Part shown: positions 37,656 through 47,031 of the stretch, piece by piece
Numbering within the stretch: position 1 is the stretch's first letter
Layout of the letters: each line of letters begins with the position of its first letter
Source of the DNA: an uncultured Fidelibacterota bacterium
GTDB lineage: Bacteria; Fidelibacterota; Marinisomatia; Marinisomatales; Marinisomataceae
Assembly: GCA_902629855.1 (NCBI GenBank)
Contig: CACOSI010000001.1
Coordinates: 91,846-155,845 of the forward strand
Length of the DNA stretch: 64,000 nt
Direction: 5' to 3'
Position numbers and translations under genes: made by a program
Notes under the pieces: model-generated
What the model saw: only the letters and a program-made list of their open reading frames with translations
The model's database searches: none
Told to the model about the DNA's origin: nothing

Positions 37656-38326
37656 AAATATCAACACCAGCTTTTGTACTTAAAACAAGTATTTTTAAAG
37701 AATCTAGTTTAATTGTAAGGCTTTTTACGCGAGAAAAAGGAAAATCCAATTACATTATAAAAGCTGCAATGAGACAAAAATCGCCCAATAAGGCTGTTTA
37801 CCAACAACTTAATGAAATTAAGATTGATTACTCACATTATCCAAAACGCCAGATCCATCCAATATATAGCTCAAAAACTTTAAACGATTGGGGCGGAATA
37901 TGTAAAGATTTAAAAAAAACCGTATTATGCACAACAATGATTGAAATTATTGATAAATCCTTTGATGAAAATATACCAGACAAACAAACATATGATGTAC
38001 TTTCTGCGGTGATGAAATATTTTAACACAAATAACCAAAACTTAAATAATGCATTTTATTATTTTATAATTCATTTTTTAAAAAATAGTGGTTACGATAT
38101 AATTAACGCAAAGGAGCACCCAATTGTCAAAAAATTTACGCAAAGTTATCCCGAAATACCGGAGAACCTAAAGATGATATTTTCTTCAAAATTTATTTTT
38201 TCAAAAGAAGAAAACTTCGAAGTGGATTATGATAAAAAAATAATGTCAAAATTTATTTCGGAAACTATGAATTACCATTTTTCAGATGTAAAATCTTTTT
38301 CTGTTGCTAAAGATATATTTAGTTAA
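37652..38326 (+). CDS. recO: DNA repair protein RecO
   Basis: 224 aa with a typical OB-fold N-terminus (TPAFVLKTSIFKESSLIVRLFTREKGKSNYIIKAA). The sequence is divergent and lacks an obvious zinc finger. Confidence 0.6.
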   Translation: MKISTPAFVLKTSIFKESSLIVRLFTREKGKSNYIIKAAMRQKSPNKAVYQQLNEIKIDYSHYPKRQIHPIYSSKTLNDWGGICKDLKKTVLCTTMIEIIDKSFDENIPDKQTYDVLSAVMKYFNTNNQNLNNAFYYFIIHFLKNSGYDIINAKEHPIVKKFTQSYPEIPENLKMIFSSKFIFSKEENFEVDYDKKIMSKFISETMNYHFSDVKSFSVAKDIFS

Positions 38327-38327
38327 A

Positions 38328-38612
38328 CTATTCTTCAATAACCTTAAAAACTCGTTCACCAGGTTTTACCATTTTAAACTTTTCTCTGGCAATTTTTTCA
38401 ATGTATTTTTCATCAAATTGAAGTTTTTCTTCTTCTTTTTCAAGAAGAGCAATTTGATTTCTTAATTTATTAATTTCATTTTGTATCTCTAGCTTATCAT
38501 TTTTAAGGCTCCATAAACTAATAAGCCCTCTGTCACTAAAAAGTACAAGTATAATACAACCAGACACTATGATAACCATTAAAATATTTGTTAAACTCAG
38601 AAGGTTCTTCAT
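38328..38612 (-). CDS. ftsB: septum formation initiator FtsB/DivIC family
   Basis: 94 aa with an N-terminal TM, a coiled coil, and …IEKIAREKFKMVKPGERVF. It lies immediately downstream of eno, as in many bacteria. Confidence 0.8.
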   Translation of the reverse strand: MKNLLSLTNILMVIIVSGCIILVLFSDRGLISLWSLKNDKLEIQNEINKLRNQIALLEKEEEKLQFDEKYIEKIAREKFKMVKPGERVFKVIEE

Positions 38613-38613
38613 A

Positions 38614-39891
38614 TTATTTTAAAAAATTAAATTCTTTTCCAAAGTGAGGATTTTTAATTTCCTCTTCGATTCTTAATAGTCTATTATATTTCGCTGTTCT
38701 GTCTGATCTACATACTGAACCAGTTTTAATCTGCCCTCCGGCCATTGCAACAGCTAAGTCAGCTATGTAGGTATCTTCAGTTTCGCCAGATCTATGAGAG
38801 ATAATAAAATTGCATCCATTTTCTTTTGCAATATTTATACATTCTATCGTTTCTGAAACAGTACCAATTTGATTTAGCTTAATTAGTATAGAGTTTATTG
38901 CATTTTCTTCAATAGCTTTTCTCAGTTTAATAGGATTTGTAACAGTTAAATCATCACCTACTACTTGTATTTTTGAGCCAAGAGCTTCATTAAGTTTTGA
39001 CCAACCCGCCCAATCATTTTCATCTAAGCCGTCTTCAATTGAAATTATTGGATATTGCCTGACAAGATTTTCATAAAAATTAATCATTCCATCTACGCCA
39101 AGCACATTACCATCAATTTTTAGATTATATTTATTATTTTCATAAAAGCTTGATGCTGCTACATCAAGAGCGAGTGAAATTTCTGTTCCAACCTTATACC
39201 CAGATTTTTCAATAGAATCTAAGAGTATTTCTATAGCTTGATCATTTGACTTTAGCTCAGGGGCAAACCCTCCTTCATCACCAACTGTAGTACCCAATCC
39301 TTTTTGTTTTAAGATAGATTTAAGTTGATGAAAAATTTCCGAACCCATTCTTATTGACTCAGAAAAATTTTTTGCTCCATGAGGGAAAAGCATTATTTCT
39401 TGAATATCAGACCCTTTGTCTGCATGCATACCACCGTTTAAAACATTAATCATTGGTATGGGTAATGTATCAGATTCACCTAAATAATAATAAAGCGGTT
39501 TTTTAAAATACTTTGAAGACAATACTGAGCACGCCATTGAAACACCTAGCGTAGCGTTTGCTCCGTAGTTACTTTTGTTTTCTGTTCCATCACTTTCAAT
39601 AATAATATTATCAATCTTCTTTTGGTTGCTAGCATCTTGTCCAATTAATAAAGATGAAAGTTTATTATTAACATTCGAAATAGCCTTTTTTACACCTTTA
39701 CCATTATAAAAATTAAGATCTTTATCTCTAAGTTCGAGAGCCTCAAATTCTCCTGTTGATGCACCTGAAGGAACAGCTGCTCTACCAATAATATTTTCAG
39801 AGACTACCTCAACTTCAACAGTTGGAAAACCGCGGGAGTCAAGAATTTGACGTGCGTGAATTTTTTCTATTACTGGCGTTTTATTTTTCAC
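38614..39891 (-). CDS. eno: enolase
   Basis: 425 aa with IHARQILDSRGFPTVEVEV and SHRSGETEDTYIADLAV. Confidence 0.97.
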   Translation of the reverse strand: MKNKTPVIEKIHARQILDSRGFPTVEVEVVSENIIGRAAVPSGASTGEFEALELRDKDLNFYNGKGVKKAISNVNNKLSSLLIGQDASNQKKIDNIIIESDGTENKSNYGANATLGVSMACSVLSSKYFKKPLYYYLGESDTLPIPMINVLNGGMHADKGSDIQEIMLFPHGAKNFSESIRMGSEIFHQLKSILKQKGLGTTVGDEGGFAPELKSNDQAIEILLDSIEKSGYKVGTEISLALDVAASSFYENNKYNLKIDGNVLGVDGMINFYENLVRQYPIISIEDGLDENDWAGWSKLNEALGSKIQVVGDDLTVTNPIKLRKAIEENAINSILIKLNQIGTVSETIECINIAKENGCNFIISHRSGETEDTYIADLAVAMAGGQIKTGSVCRSDRTAKYNRLLRIEEEIKNPHFGKEFNFLK

Positions 39892-40006
39892 AAAAAAAGT
39901 TAATGCAAAGAATTATGATATGAAATATTAGATTTTAAATCTCAATTTTTATCTTTTTTTTAAAAAATTGTAAGTTTTTTATTATTGTTTTTGATATCAA
40001 AAAAGG

Positions 40007-40035
40007 TTGATTCATCGAAAAATAGGTTCTATAAT
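40007..40035 (+). promoter_or_regulatory. sigma70-type promoter TTGATT-17 nt-TATAAT
   Basis: The -35 TTGATT is at 40007-40012, the spacer is exactly 17 nt, and the -10 TATAAT is at 40030-40035. The predicted TSS is near 40042. Confidence 0.6.
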
Positions 40036-40102
40036 TATAAAAAAGATGAATTATTGGCAACTTTTTAAAAAATTTAATCATATTGACATGATTAATAATG
40101 GG

Positions 40103-40144
40103 GGCAAAAAACTGAATTTTTGACAAGTTTTTTGCCTTTTTTTT
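40103..40144 (+). terminator. intrinsic terminator/attenuator hairpin upstream of the small-protein genes
   Basis: GGCAAAAAACT (40103-40113) pairs perfectly with AGTTTTTTGCC (40126-40136). The loop is 12 nt, followed by eight T (40137-40144). The stem is AT-rich, so its stability is modest. Confidence 0.6.
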
Positions 40145-40175
40145 AATAGTTATTAACTAATCAAGGAGGAATAAC

Positions 40176-40382
40176 ATGGCTTCATGGGATTCAATGTTAA
40201 GTAATGCGTTAGGTGGATTAACAAGTGTTGTAAAAGCTGCAATTATATTTTTTGTTTTTGCAGGAATACTTTTTGATACACCAGTAGATGCGCTTGGTGG
40301 TATAATGGGTTTTGTAGATACTTTTCTTAATGGTGGATTATCAGGACTTCTAGTGCTGGTTGTCTTCTTATCCTTATTGTAA
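40176..40382 (+). CDS. small glycine-zipper membrane protein, paralog A (unknown function)
   Basis: 68 aa, with AAGGAGG SD 7 nt upstream. It has two hydrophobic segments and the motifs GILFD and GGLSGL, shared with paralog B. Confidence 0.7.
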   Translation: MASWDSMLSNALGGLTSVVKAAIIFFVFAGILFDTPVDALGGIMGFVDTFLNGGLSGLLVLVVFLSLL

Positions 40383-40407
40383 GGTAGAAATAGTATTTAC
40401 TAATTAA

Positions 40408-40433
40408 TAGAGCTCCTCTTTTGAGGAGCTCTA
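40408..40433 (+). other. perfect 11-bp hairpin between the two small-protein genes
   Basis: TAGAGCTCCTC-TTTT-GAGGAGCTCTA. There is no downstream T-run, so it may be a partial terminator, processing site or stabiliser. Confidence 0.7.
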
Positions 40434-40455
40434 AAAGCTCGAAGGAGAAAACACA

Positions 40456-40668
40456 ATGAAAAATGTGATAAAACAAATCAATGATTTCTTAGGCATGACT
40501 ACAGGCCTTTTGATTAATTTGATTGTAGCTGGTACAATTATTGGTATCTTGTATGACGACATATTTGGAGTCATCGCAGGAATTGGTAATGCAGTAAGCA
40601 TGATCGGAGACGGTGGTGTTGCTGGTTTAGTAGCAGTAATGATTGTTGCAATGTGGATGAAAAAATAA
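40456..40668 (+). CDS. small glycine-zipper membrane protein, paralog B (unknown function)
   Basis: 70 aa with AAGGAG SD. An ungapped alignment to paralog A gives about 16 identities, including GIL(F/Y)D and GG(L/V)(S/A)GL. The C-terminus is basic (MWMKK). Confidence 0.7.
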   Translation: MKNVIKQINDFLGMTTGLLINLIVAGTIIGILYDDIFGVIAGIGNAVSMIGDGGVAGLVAVMIVAMWMKK

Positions 40669-40696
40669 AATTACTTACCCCACATTGACTTAAATA

Positions 40697-40723
40697 AAAA
40701 GGGCTCATTTTATGAGCCCTTTT
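40697..40723 (+). terminator. Rho-independent terminator after the small-protein pair
   Basis: AAAAGGGCTCA-TTTTA-TGAGCCCTTTT. Its 9-bp stem core AAGGGCTCA/TGAGCCCTT is identical to that of the terminator at 32273. Confidence 0.8.
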
Positions 40724-40748
40724 ACATTATTTTATAATAATTTCATAG

Positions 40749-41900
40749 ATGAAATCTTCAAAAATAAAAAAATACCTAATTATATTTTTATTATTTTTAT
40801 CTTCAATTTTTGGATTTAACAACCAGGGAATAAAGATCATAAAAAATGATTTAGTTTTAGGATACGTTAAAACCATTGAAAACAACCGTTTAATATCATT
40901 AAATAGTTTTTCTACAGTACTTGGATATAAAAATTTTGTTAATGACAAGACAGAAAAAATAGTTGTAAATATTGGCGGAAATAAAATCAAAGCAACAAAC
41001 GGTATAACTTTTGTTTTGTTTGACGATAAGGTTTACCAATTTCCCAACAAAGTAATTGTTAAAGACAATAACTACTTTATTTCAACTTCATCATTACTAA
41101 AACTAATTAACTCTAATAAATCATCATCTAATTTTTCTTTAAAAGATAATGAAATTGTTATAAGTGAAGTATTAAATAAAAAAACTGAAAGAGTTGATTT
41201 AACGAATGAAAAGAAAAAGTGGAAATTCTCAACAATTGTGATTGATCCAGGACATGGCGGGAAAGATCCTGGGGCAGTTGGATATAGAGGAACTTTGGAG
41301 AAAGATATTGCCCTAGATGTTGCTAAGAGACTAGAAAAAAAAATCTCAAGAAATATGGATGTAAAAACTGTTCTTACAAGAGATGAAGATATTTTTCTAA
41401 AACTTGATGAAAGAAAAAAAATAGCTAACGATAATAACGGAAGTCTTTTTATTAGCATTCATGCAAATGCAGCTTCGGACAGAAGGGCTAGCGGTTTCGA
41501 AACTTTCTTAATTGGTCCAAATAAAAATGAAGCCGCTGTAAGGGTTGCAACAAGGGAAAACGCAGTATTGGAACTTGAAGGTTTTTCTGGAAAAAAGCTT
41601 ACAAATGAAGATTTAATTCAAGCTACTATTGCCCAAAGTGCATTTGCTTCAAAAAGTGAACAATTTGCAGCACTCGTACAAGAGGAAATTGGCAAGAGAG
41701 TTACTAGTCGTAACAGAGGAGTTAAGCAAGCGGGTTTTTATGTATTATGGGGGGCCTCAATGCCAAACGTTTTGGTCGAGTTAGGCTTTATATCAAATCT
41801 TTCTGAGGAAAAAAAATTGAGGAGTTCTCAATATCGCGAAACTTTAGCAACGGCAATTTTCAGGGCAGTTGAAAAATATGAAAAAACTTTGAACCAATGA
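40749..41900 (+). CDS. N-acetylmuramoyl-L-alanine amidase (Amidase_3, AmiC-like)
   Basis: 383 aa with a signal peptide. The catalytic domain has IVIDPGHGGKDPGAVG…EKDIALDVAKRL…LFISIHANA…SGFETF. Confidence 0.88.
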   Translation: MKSSKIKKYLIIFLLFLSSIFGFNNQGIKIIKNDLVLGYVKTIENNRLISLNSFSTVLGYKNFVNDKTEKIVVNIGGNKIKATNGITFVLFDDKVYQFPNKVIVKDNNYFISTSSLLKLINSNKSSSNFSLKDNEIVISEVLNKKTERVDLTNEKKKWKFSTIVIDPGHGGKDPGAVGYRGTLEKDIALDVAKRLEKKISRNMDVKTVLTRDEDIFLKLDERKKIANDNNGSLFISIHANAASDRRASGFETFLIGPNKNEAAVRVATRENAVLELEGFSGKKLTNEDLIQATIAQSAFASKSEQFAALVQEEIGKRVTSRNRGVKQAGFYVLWGASMPNVLVELGFISNLSEEKKLRSSQYRETLATAIFRAVEKYEKTLNQ

Positions 41901-43141
41901 TTAATGACACATTAGAATACTTATATAATCTTCATAATAGAGGTATAAAGTTAGGGTTAGATAACATCGAATCAATTTTAAGTGAATGTAAAAATCCTGA
42001 AAGTAACTTTAAATCAATACATATTGCTGGCACAAATGGCAAAGGATCTACAGCTTCAATACTGGCTAAACTTTTTCAAAATAACTATAAAAAGGTTGGC
42101 CTCTACACCTCTCCCCATCTAATACGATTTAATGAAAGAATAAGAATTAACGGCAAGCCTATATCGAATAAAGAAATAATAAGGTTTACTAGTGAACACA
42201 GAAATTTTATTGATCAAAACTCAATTACTTTTTTTGAAGCAACAACTGCGATGGCTTTTGATTTTTTTTCAAAAAATAAAGTTGATATTGCTGTGATTGA
42301 AACTGGACTAGGTGGAAGATTAGACTCAACAAATGTTCTTAAACCTGAGCATACAATAATTACTGAAATAGACTTTGACCACACTCATCTTTTAGGAGAA
42401 ACAGTTGAAGATATTACAAGAGAAAAATGCGGTATTATTAAGGATAAAACACCAAACATTACAATAAACTCAGAAGAAAAAATTAAAAAAGTTATCAAAA
42501 CCTTTTCTGAAAAAAATAACACAAAAACTGACTTTTTATCTAAAAAAGAAATTAAAAACATAGATCAATCAAAAGATACAATGAAATTTGAATACGGCAA
42601 TCAAACATATAAATTACCACAAAGTGGTTCATATCAAGCTCAAAATGCCATACTTGCGATAAAAACTTATAAGAAAAGTAATATAAATTTTCTCGAAAAA
42701 GATATTCAAAAAGGCCTAGACAATTGGTATTGGCCCGGAAGAATGCAGATTATGAAAAAAAATTTTTTTTACGATGTAGCCCATAATTCATCTGCAGTAA
42801 AGATTTTGGCAAATGATTTAAAGGATATATATAACTGTAAGCCGATCGGTTTGGTTGTCATGAAAAATGATAAAATTAAAAATGATATAGTTAAAATTTT
42901 TAGTGAAGATTTTCATTCTCTCACAATTTCATCAATTGACTCCAAAGATATACTTGATAAAGAAAAAATTAAAAGTATGAAAAGCTTAACACGTTTTGAC
43001 TATAATGAAAATTTAGCAAGAGCTCTATATTCATTAGACCAAATTAAGACAAAAAGACCAAAGGTTGTTTTTGGCAGCCATTATATTGCAAAACAGGTAT
43101 TTAATTATTTTGGTTTTTCCTTTGACAAAGGGATGATATAG
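41897..43141 (+). CDS. folC: folylpolyglutamate synthase / dihydrofolate synthase
   Basis: 414 aa in the Mur-ligase family, with the P-loop HIAGTNGKGST. Confidence 0.88.
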   Translation: MINDTLEYLYNLHNRGIKLGLDNIESILSECKNPESNFKSIHIAGTNGKGSTASILAKLFQNNYKKVGLYTSPHLIRFNERIRINGKPISNKEIIRFTSEHRNFIDQNSITFFEATTAMAFDFFSKNKVDIAVIETGLGGRLDSTNVLKPEHTIITEIDFDHTHLLGETVEDITREKCGIIKDKTPNITINSEEKIKKVIKTFSEKNNTKTDFLSKKEIKNIDQSKDTMKFEYGNQTYKLPQSGSYQAQNAILAIKTYKKSNINFLEKDIQKGLDNWYWPGRMQIMKKNFFYDVAHNSSAVKILANDLKDIYNCKPIGLVVMKNDKIKNDIVKIFSEDFHSLTISSIDSKDILDKEKIKSMKSLTRFDYNENLARALYSLDQIKTKRPKVVFGSHYIAKQVFNYFGFSFDKGMI

Positions 43142-43200
43142 TGTAATTTATATTTCGAGGTGTATTTCCCCCCAAATATTTCACTTAAAAACGAGGAATT

Positions 43201-44487
43201 ATGAAATTGACAGAATTAAAAGAAAAAAAGTTAGCAGACTTAAAAGAAATTGCTAAAACTTTAAAAATAGAAAAATTATCATCAATGTCTAAAGATGATT
43301 TAGTTGATGCTATATCAGCTCATCAAAAATCAGAAGCTAAAATTGATAAAAAAGAGGTTAAAAAACCTGAATCCGGAGCCAGTGAAAAAATGGCTGCAGG
43401 AGTTTTAGAAATTTTACCTGATGGCTATGGTTTTCTTAGAAGTGTAAATGATAATTATTTGCCAGGACCAGAAGATATTTATGTAAGTCCCTCACAAATC
43501 AAAAGATTTAAGTTAAAAACAGGACATTTTGTAAAAGGCTCAACTAGGGCACCAAAATCAAAAGAACGTTTTCATGCACTTTTACAGTTGACTGAGGTCA
43601 ATGGAGTTCACCCTGAAAAAATTAAAGATCAAAGAAAATTTGATAAGTATACGCCATTACACCCTAATGAAAAGTTTAACTTATCAAACACAAGTGATAT
43701 GTCCATGAGAATTATGGATATGGTTTCTCCAATTGGTAAAGGACAGCGTGGATTAATTGTAGCTCAACCTAAAACCGGTAAAACAATTTTAATTTCGAAA
43801 ATTGCAAATGCAATTAGAAGAAATCATCCAAACACTGTCTTATTAATTTTACTTATTGATGAAAGACCAGAAGAAGTAACTGACATGAAAAGAAGCGTTG
43901 ATGCAGAAGTTATTGCTTCAACCTTTGATGAAGGTCCAGAAAGGCATGTCCAGGTTTCAGATATGGCTTTAGCAAAAGCACAGAGGTTAGTTGAGTGCGG
44001 TAAAGACGTAGTAATACTTCTAGATAGTATAACCAGGCTTGGGAGAGCCCACAATGCGGTTATTCCTCACAGTGGTAAGATTTTATCAGGTGGTGTTGAC
44101 TCAAATGCACTCAGAAAGCCTAAAAAGTTTTTCGGAGCAGCCAGAAATACAGAGGAAGGCGGAAGTTTAACCATTATAGCTACTGCTTTAATTGATACAG
44201 GAAGTAAAATGGACGGAGTAATTTTTGAAGAATTTAAAGGTACAGGTAATATGGAGCTAGTACTTGACAGAGAGCTTAGTGATCGTCGAATTTATCCAGC
44301 CTTCAATATTATTAAGTCTGGTACCAGAAAAGAAGAGCTCTTACTATCTGATCAACATTTATCAAGAATGTGGATATTAAGAAAGATGCTTGGAGAGATG
44401 TCGACTGAGCAGGCAATGCAATTTATGATTGATAGAATGAGAAGAACAAAGACTAACCAAGAGTTCTTAGATTTAATGAGCCAGTAA
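43201..44487 (+). CDS. rho: transcription termination factor Rho
   Basis: 428 aa with the Rho N-terminal domain, an RNA-binding OB fold (…[14 protein letters not shown]…), and Walker A AQPKTGKT. Confidence 0.96.
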   Translation: MKLTELKEKKLADLKEIAKTLKIEKLSSMSKDDLVDAISAHQKSEAKIDKKEVKKPESGASEKMAAGVLEILPDGYGFLRSVNDNYLPGPEDIYVSPSQIKRFKLKTGHFVKGSTRAPKSKERFHALLQLTEVNGVHPEKIKDQRKFDKYTPLHPNEKFNLSNTSDMSMRIMDMVSPIGKGQRGLIVAQPKTGKTILISKIANAIRRNHPNTVLLILLIDERPEEVTDMKRSVDAEVIASTFDEGPERHVQVSDMALAKAQRLVECGKDVVILLDSITRLGRAHNAVIPHSGKILSGGVDSNALRKPKKFFGAARNTEEGGSLTIIATALIDTGSKMDGVIFEEFKGTGNMELVLDRELSDRRIYPAFNIIKSGTRKEELLLSDQHLSRMWILRKMLGEMSTEQAMQFMIDRMRRTKTNQEFLDLMSQ

Positions 44488-45684
44488 ATGACAAAGCAAT
44501 TTTCTAGCTTAGTTGAAAAAATAAAACCTTCTTTTACCCTTCAAATGACTTCGCGTGCAGCTGAATTAAGGGCTCAAGGTGAAGATGTAATCAACTTTGG
44601 AGTTGGTGAGCCTGACTTTAATACCCCTTCTCATATTATAGAGGCTGGCAAAAAAGCTATGGATGAAGGTTTTACAAAATATACTCCAGGATCTGGTATG
44701 CTTGATCTAAAAGAAGCAATACAAACAAAGGTTGAAAATTTATCAGGAATAAAATATGAAACAGATAATATAATAGTATCAAACGGAGGAAAGCAGTCGT
44801 TGTCAGTTTTATGTCAGGCAATTTTTGACAAAGGTGATAAAGTAGTTATATTTTCCCCATATTGGGTCTCCTTTCCTGAATTTGTTAGAATAGCAGGAGC
44901 AGAGCCAATTTTTGTTGATACCATTGCTCAAAAACAATTTGAACCAGATTTTGAGGATCTAAATAATAAAATTGATAAATCTATAAAAGGCATTATCATT
45001 AATTCTCCAAGCAACCCAACAGGTGGAGTTTGGTCTGACGAAGCAATTAAAAAAACACTAAAAATTGCTAAAGACAATGATTGGCTAGTTATTTCAGATG
45101 AAACTTACGAGGAGCTTGTATATGATAATGATTTTAAAGCCATTGATAGCCTTAATGAAATAAATGCTGAAGTCGTAACTATTAGAAGTATGTCGAAAAC
45201 ATATGCAATGACAGGATGGAGAATTGGATATACAATTGCTAAAAGTAGTATAGTAAAAGCAATGTCAAAAATTCAAGGTCAAACTACTTCATGTCCAAAT
45301 GCAATCGGGCAAAAAGCTTCAATAGCAGCCTTGCTTGGAGATCAGAATCCTGTAAAACATATGAAGGAAAAATTTAGAAATAGAAGACAGGTAATGTTTG
45401 ATGCACTTAATACCATTCCAAATGTAAAGTGCGATATGCCAGGTGGTGCATTTTATATGTTTCCCGACTTTTCATATTACTTAAAAATGAAAAATGAAGA
45501 TGGAAAAATTTTACAAGACACTTTCGACCTTTCTGATTATATTCTCGGCGATGCAAAAGTTGTGACGGTTGCAGGAGATGGTTTCGGAGATGGAAAATAT
45601 TTAAGATTCTCTTTTGCGACAAACACAGAAAATATTGTAAATGGCATAGAAAGAATTAAGAAAAGTTTAGAAAAACTAAAATGA
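44488..45684 (+). CDS. class I pyridoxal-phosphate aminotransferase (aspartate aminotransferase-like)
   Basis: 398 aa with the PLP-lysine region [15 protein letters not shown] and …NSPSNPTG…. Confidence 0.85.
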   Translation: MTKQFSSLVEKIKPSFTLQMTSRAAELRAQGEDVINFGVGEPDFNTPSHIIEAGKKAMDEGFTKYTPGSGMLDLKEAIQTKVENLSGIKYETDNIIVSNGGKQSLSVLCQAIFDKGDKVVIFSPYWVSFPEFVRIAGAEPIFVDTIAQKQFEPDFEDLNNKIDKSIKGIIINSPSNPTGGVWSDEAIKKTLKIAKDNDWLVISDETYEELVYDNDFKAIDSLNEINAEVVTIRSMSKTYAMTGWRIGYTIAKSSIVKAMSKIQGQTTSCPNAIGQKASIAALLGDQNPVKHMKEKFRNRRQVMFDALNTIPNVKCDMPGGAFYMFPDFSYYLKMKNEDGKILQDTFDLSDYILGDAKVVTVAGDGFGDGKYLRFSFATNTENIVNGIERIKKSLEKLK

Positions 45685-45935
45685 AAAAAAATACACATTC
45701 AGAGGATTATAGACTCGTAGTTTTTGAAGACAGTTCTTGCAACTACTCTTTTTTAACTAGATCTACGGTGAAGACTGATAAAACTATCAAATGGGACGAT
45801 GGTAAAGAGTACCCTCTATTTAAAATAGAAATATCAGACAAGTCACACCCTTACTATACTGGTCAAAGAACTTTAGTTGATACTGCAGGTAGAATTGAGA
45901 AATTTAACCGCAAATACAACAAAAAAGATTCCTAA
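45681..45935 (+). CDS. rpmE2: 50S ribosomal protein L31, type B (no CxxC zinc ribbon)
   Basis: 84 aa with …[17 protein letters not shown]…[25 protein letters not shown]. Confidence 0.85.
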   Translation: MKKNTHSEDYRLVVFEDSSCNYSFLTRSTVKTDKTIKWDDGKEYPLFKIEISDKSHPYYTGQRTLVDTAGRIEKFNRKYNKKDS

Positions 45936-45962
45936 CTCTACAATTTTTAATAATTTAATTAA

Positions 45963-47018
45963 ATGGATATCCTATCAAAGGCTAAGAGTATTGTATCTCA
46001 ATATGAAGATATAATGAAACAAATGGTTGATCCTGAGAATGTTTTAAATCAGGAAAAAATAGCTGCTTTAGCAAAAGAAAAAAGTAATTTAGAGGAAACA
46101 TTTGAATTAAGTAAATCTTATGTCTCACTTAAAAAACAACTCCAAGAGCTATCTGAGCTTAAAAATGACAAAGAATATGAGGATTTGGTAAAGGAAGAAT
46201 CTGAAGATTTATTACAAAAAATATTAGAGGTTGAAAATAAATTAACAAAAATTCTTATATCTGATGACCCTAATGACAACAAAAATGCAATTATAGAAAT
46301 AAGAGCTGGCACAGGTGGAGATGAAGCTGGTTTATTTGCATCAGATTTACTAAGGATGTACAGTAGATATGCTGAAAATAATAGTCTCAAAATTAATATG
46401 ATGGATATACACGAAACAGGAGTTGGAGGACTTAAGTCCGCTACTTTTAGCGTGGAAGGACCAAAAGCATATGGAAGATTTAAGTATGAGGGTGGCGTTC
46501 ATAGAGTTCAAAGAATACCCAAAACTGAATCAGGTGGTAGGGTACATACTTCTGCTGCAACTGTAGCAGTTTTACCTGAAGTCGAGACAGCAGAAGTTGA
46601 AATTAATGATTCTGATATTAAAGTAGATACTTATAGAGCTAGCGGTGCTGGGGGACAACACGTGAATAAAACAGAATCAGCTATTAGATTAACTCATATC
46701 CCGAGTGGGTTAGTTGTAACCTGCCAAGATGAAAGTTCTCAGCATAAAAATAAAGCTTCTGCCATGAAAGTTTTAAGAGCTAGGCTTTTTTCATTAGAAC
46801 AGGAAAAATTAAATAAAGATAGAGACGAAATGAGAAAATCTTTGGTTTCTACAGGAGATAGATCAGCTAAAATTAGAACATATAATTTTCCGCAAGGAAG
46901 AATTACAGACCATAGAATTAATTATACCACTCACAAATTACAAGTCACTCTTGAAGGAGATATTGATCATTTACTTGAACAGCTTAAATTAGCTGAGGAT
47001 AGCGCCCAAATCGAATGA
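45963..47018 (+). CDS. prfA: peptide chain release factor 1
   Basis: 351 aa with the GGQ motif (SGAGGQHVNKT) and an RF1-type P-x-T tripeptide region (RIPKTES). Confidence 0.95.
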   Translation: MDILSKAKSIVSQYEDIMKQMVDPENVLNQEKIAALAKEKSNLEETFELSKSYVSLKKQLQELSELKNDKEYEDLVKEESEDLLQKILEVENKLTKILISDDPNDNKNAIIEIRAGTGGDEAGLFASDLLRMYSRYAENNSLKINMMDIHETGVGGLKSATFSVEGPKAYGRFKYEGGVHRVQRIPKTESGGRVHTSAATVAVLPEVETAEVEINDSDIKVDTYRASGAGGQHVNKTESAIRLTHIPSGLVVTCQDESSQHKNKASAMKVLRARLFSLEQEKLNKDRDEMRKSLVSTGDRSAKIRTYNFPQGRITDHRINYTTHKLQVTLEGDIDHLLEQLKLAEDSAQIE

Positions 47019-47031
47019 AATATTAAATAAA

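Noticed and set aside
39935-40126. 63-aa minus-strand ORF in the eno-upstream spacer
   Set aside because: It is very AT-rich and low-complexity (K, I, F, N). It overlaps the plus-strand promoter and terminator signals, which are much better supported.
40176-40668. Interpreting the two small proteins as a two-peptide bacteriocin, inovirus coat proteins or a holin/antiholin pair
   Set aside because: Protein A has GG at residues 13-14, but B lacks a double-glycine leader. No C39-peptidase ABC exporter or immunity gene is nearby, and there are no phage replication or assembly genes. The downstream amidase has a housekeeping AmiC-like architecture behind its own terminator-separated start. None of these models is supported.
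40727-41458. 87-aa and 128-aa minus-strand ORFs
   Set aside because: They are antisense to the amidase gene, which has clear Amidase_3 motifs.
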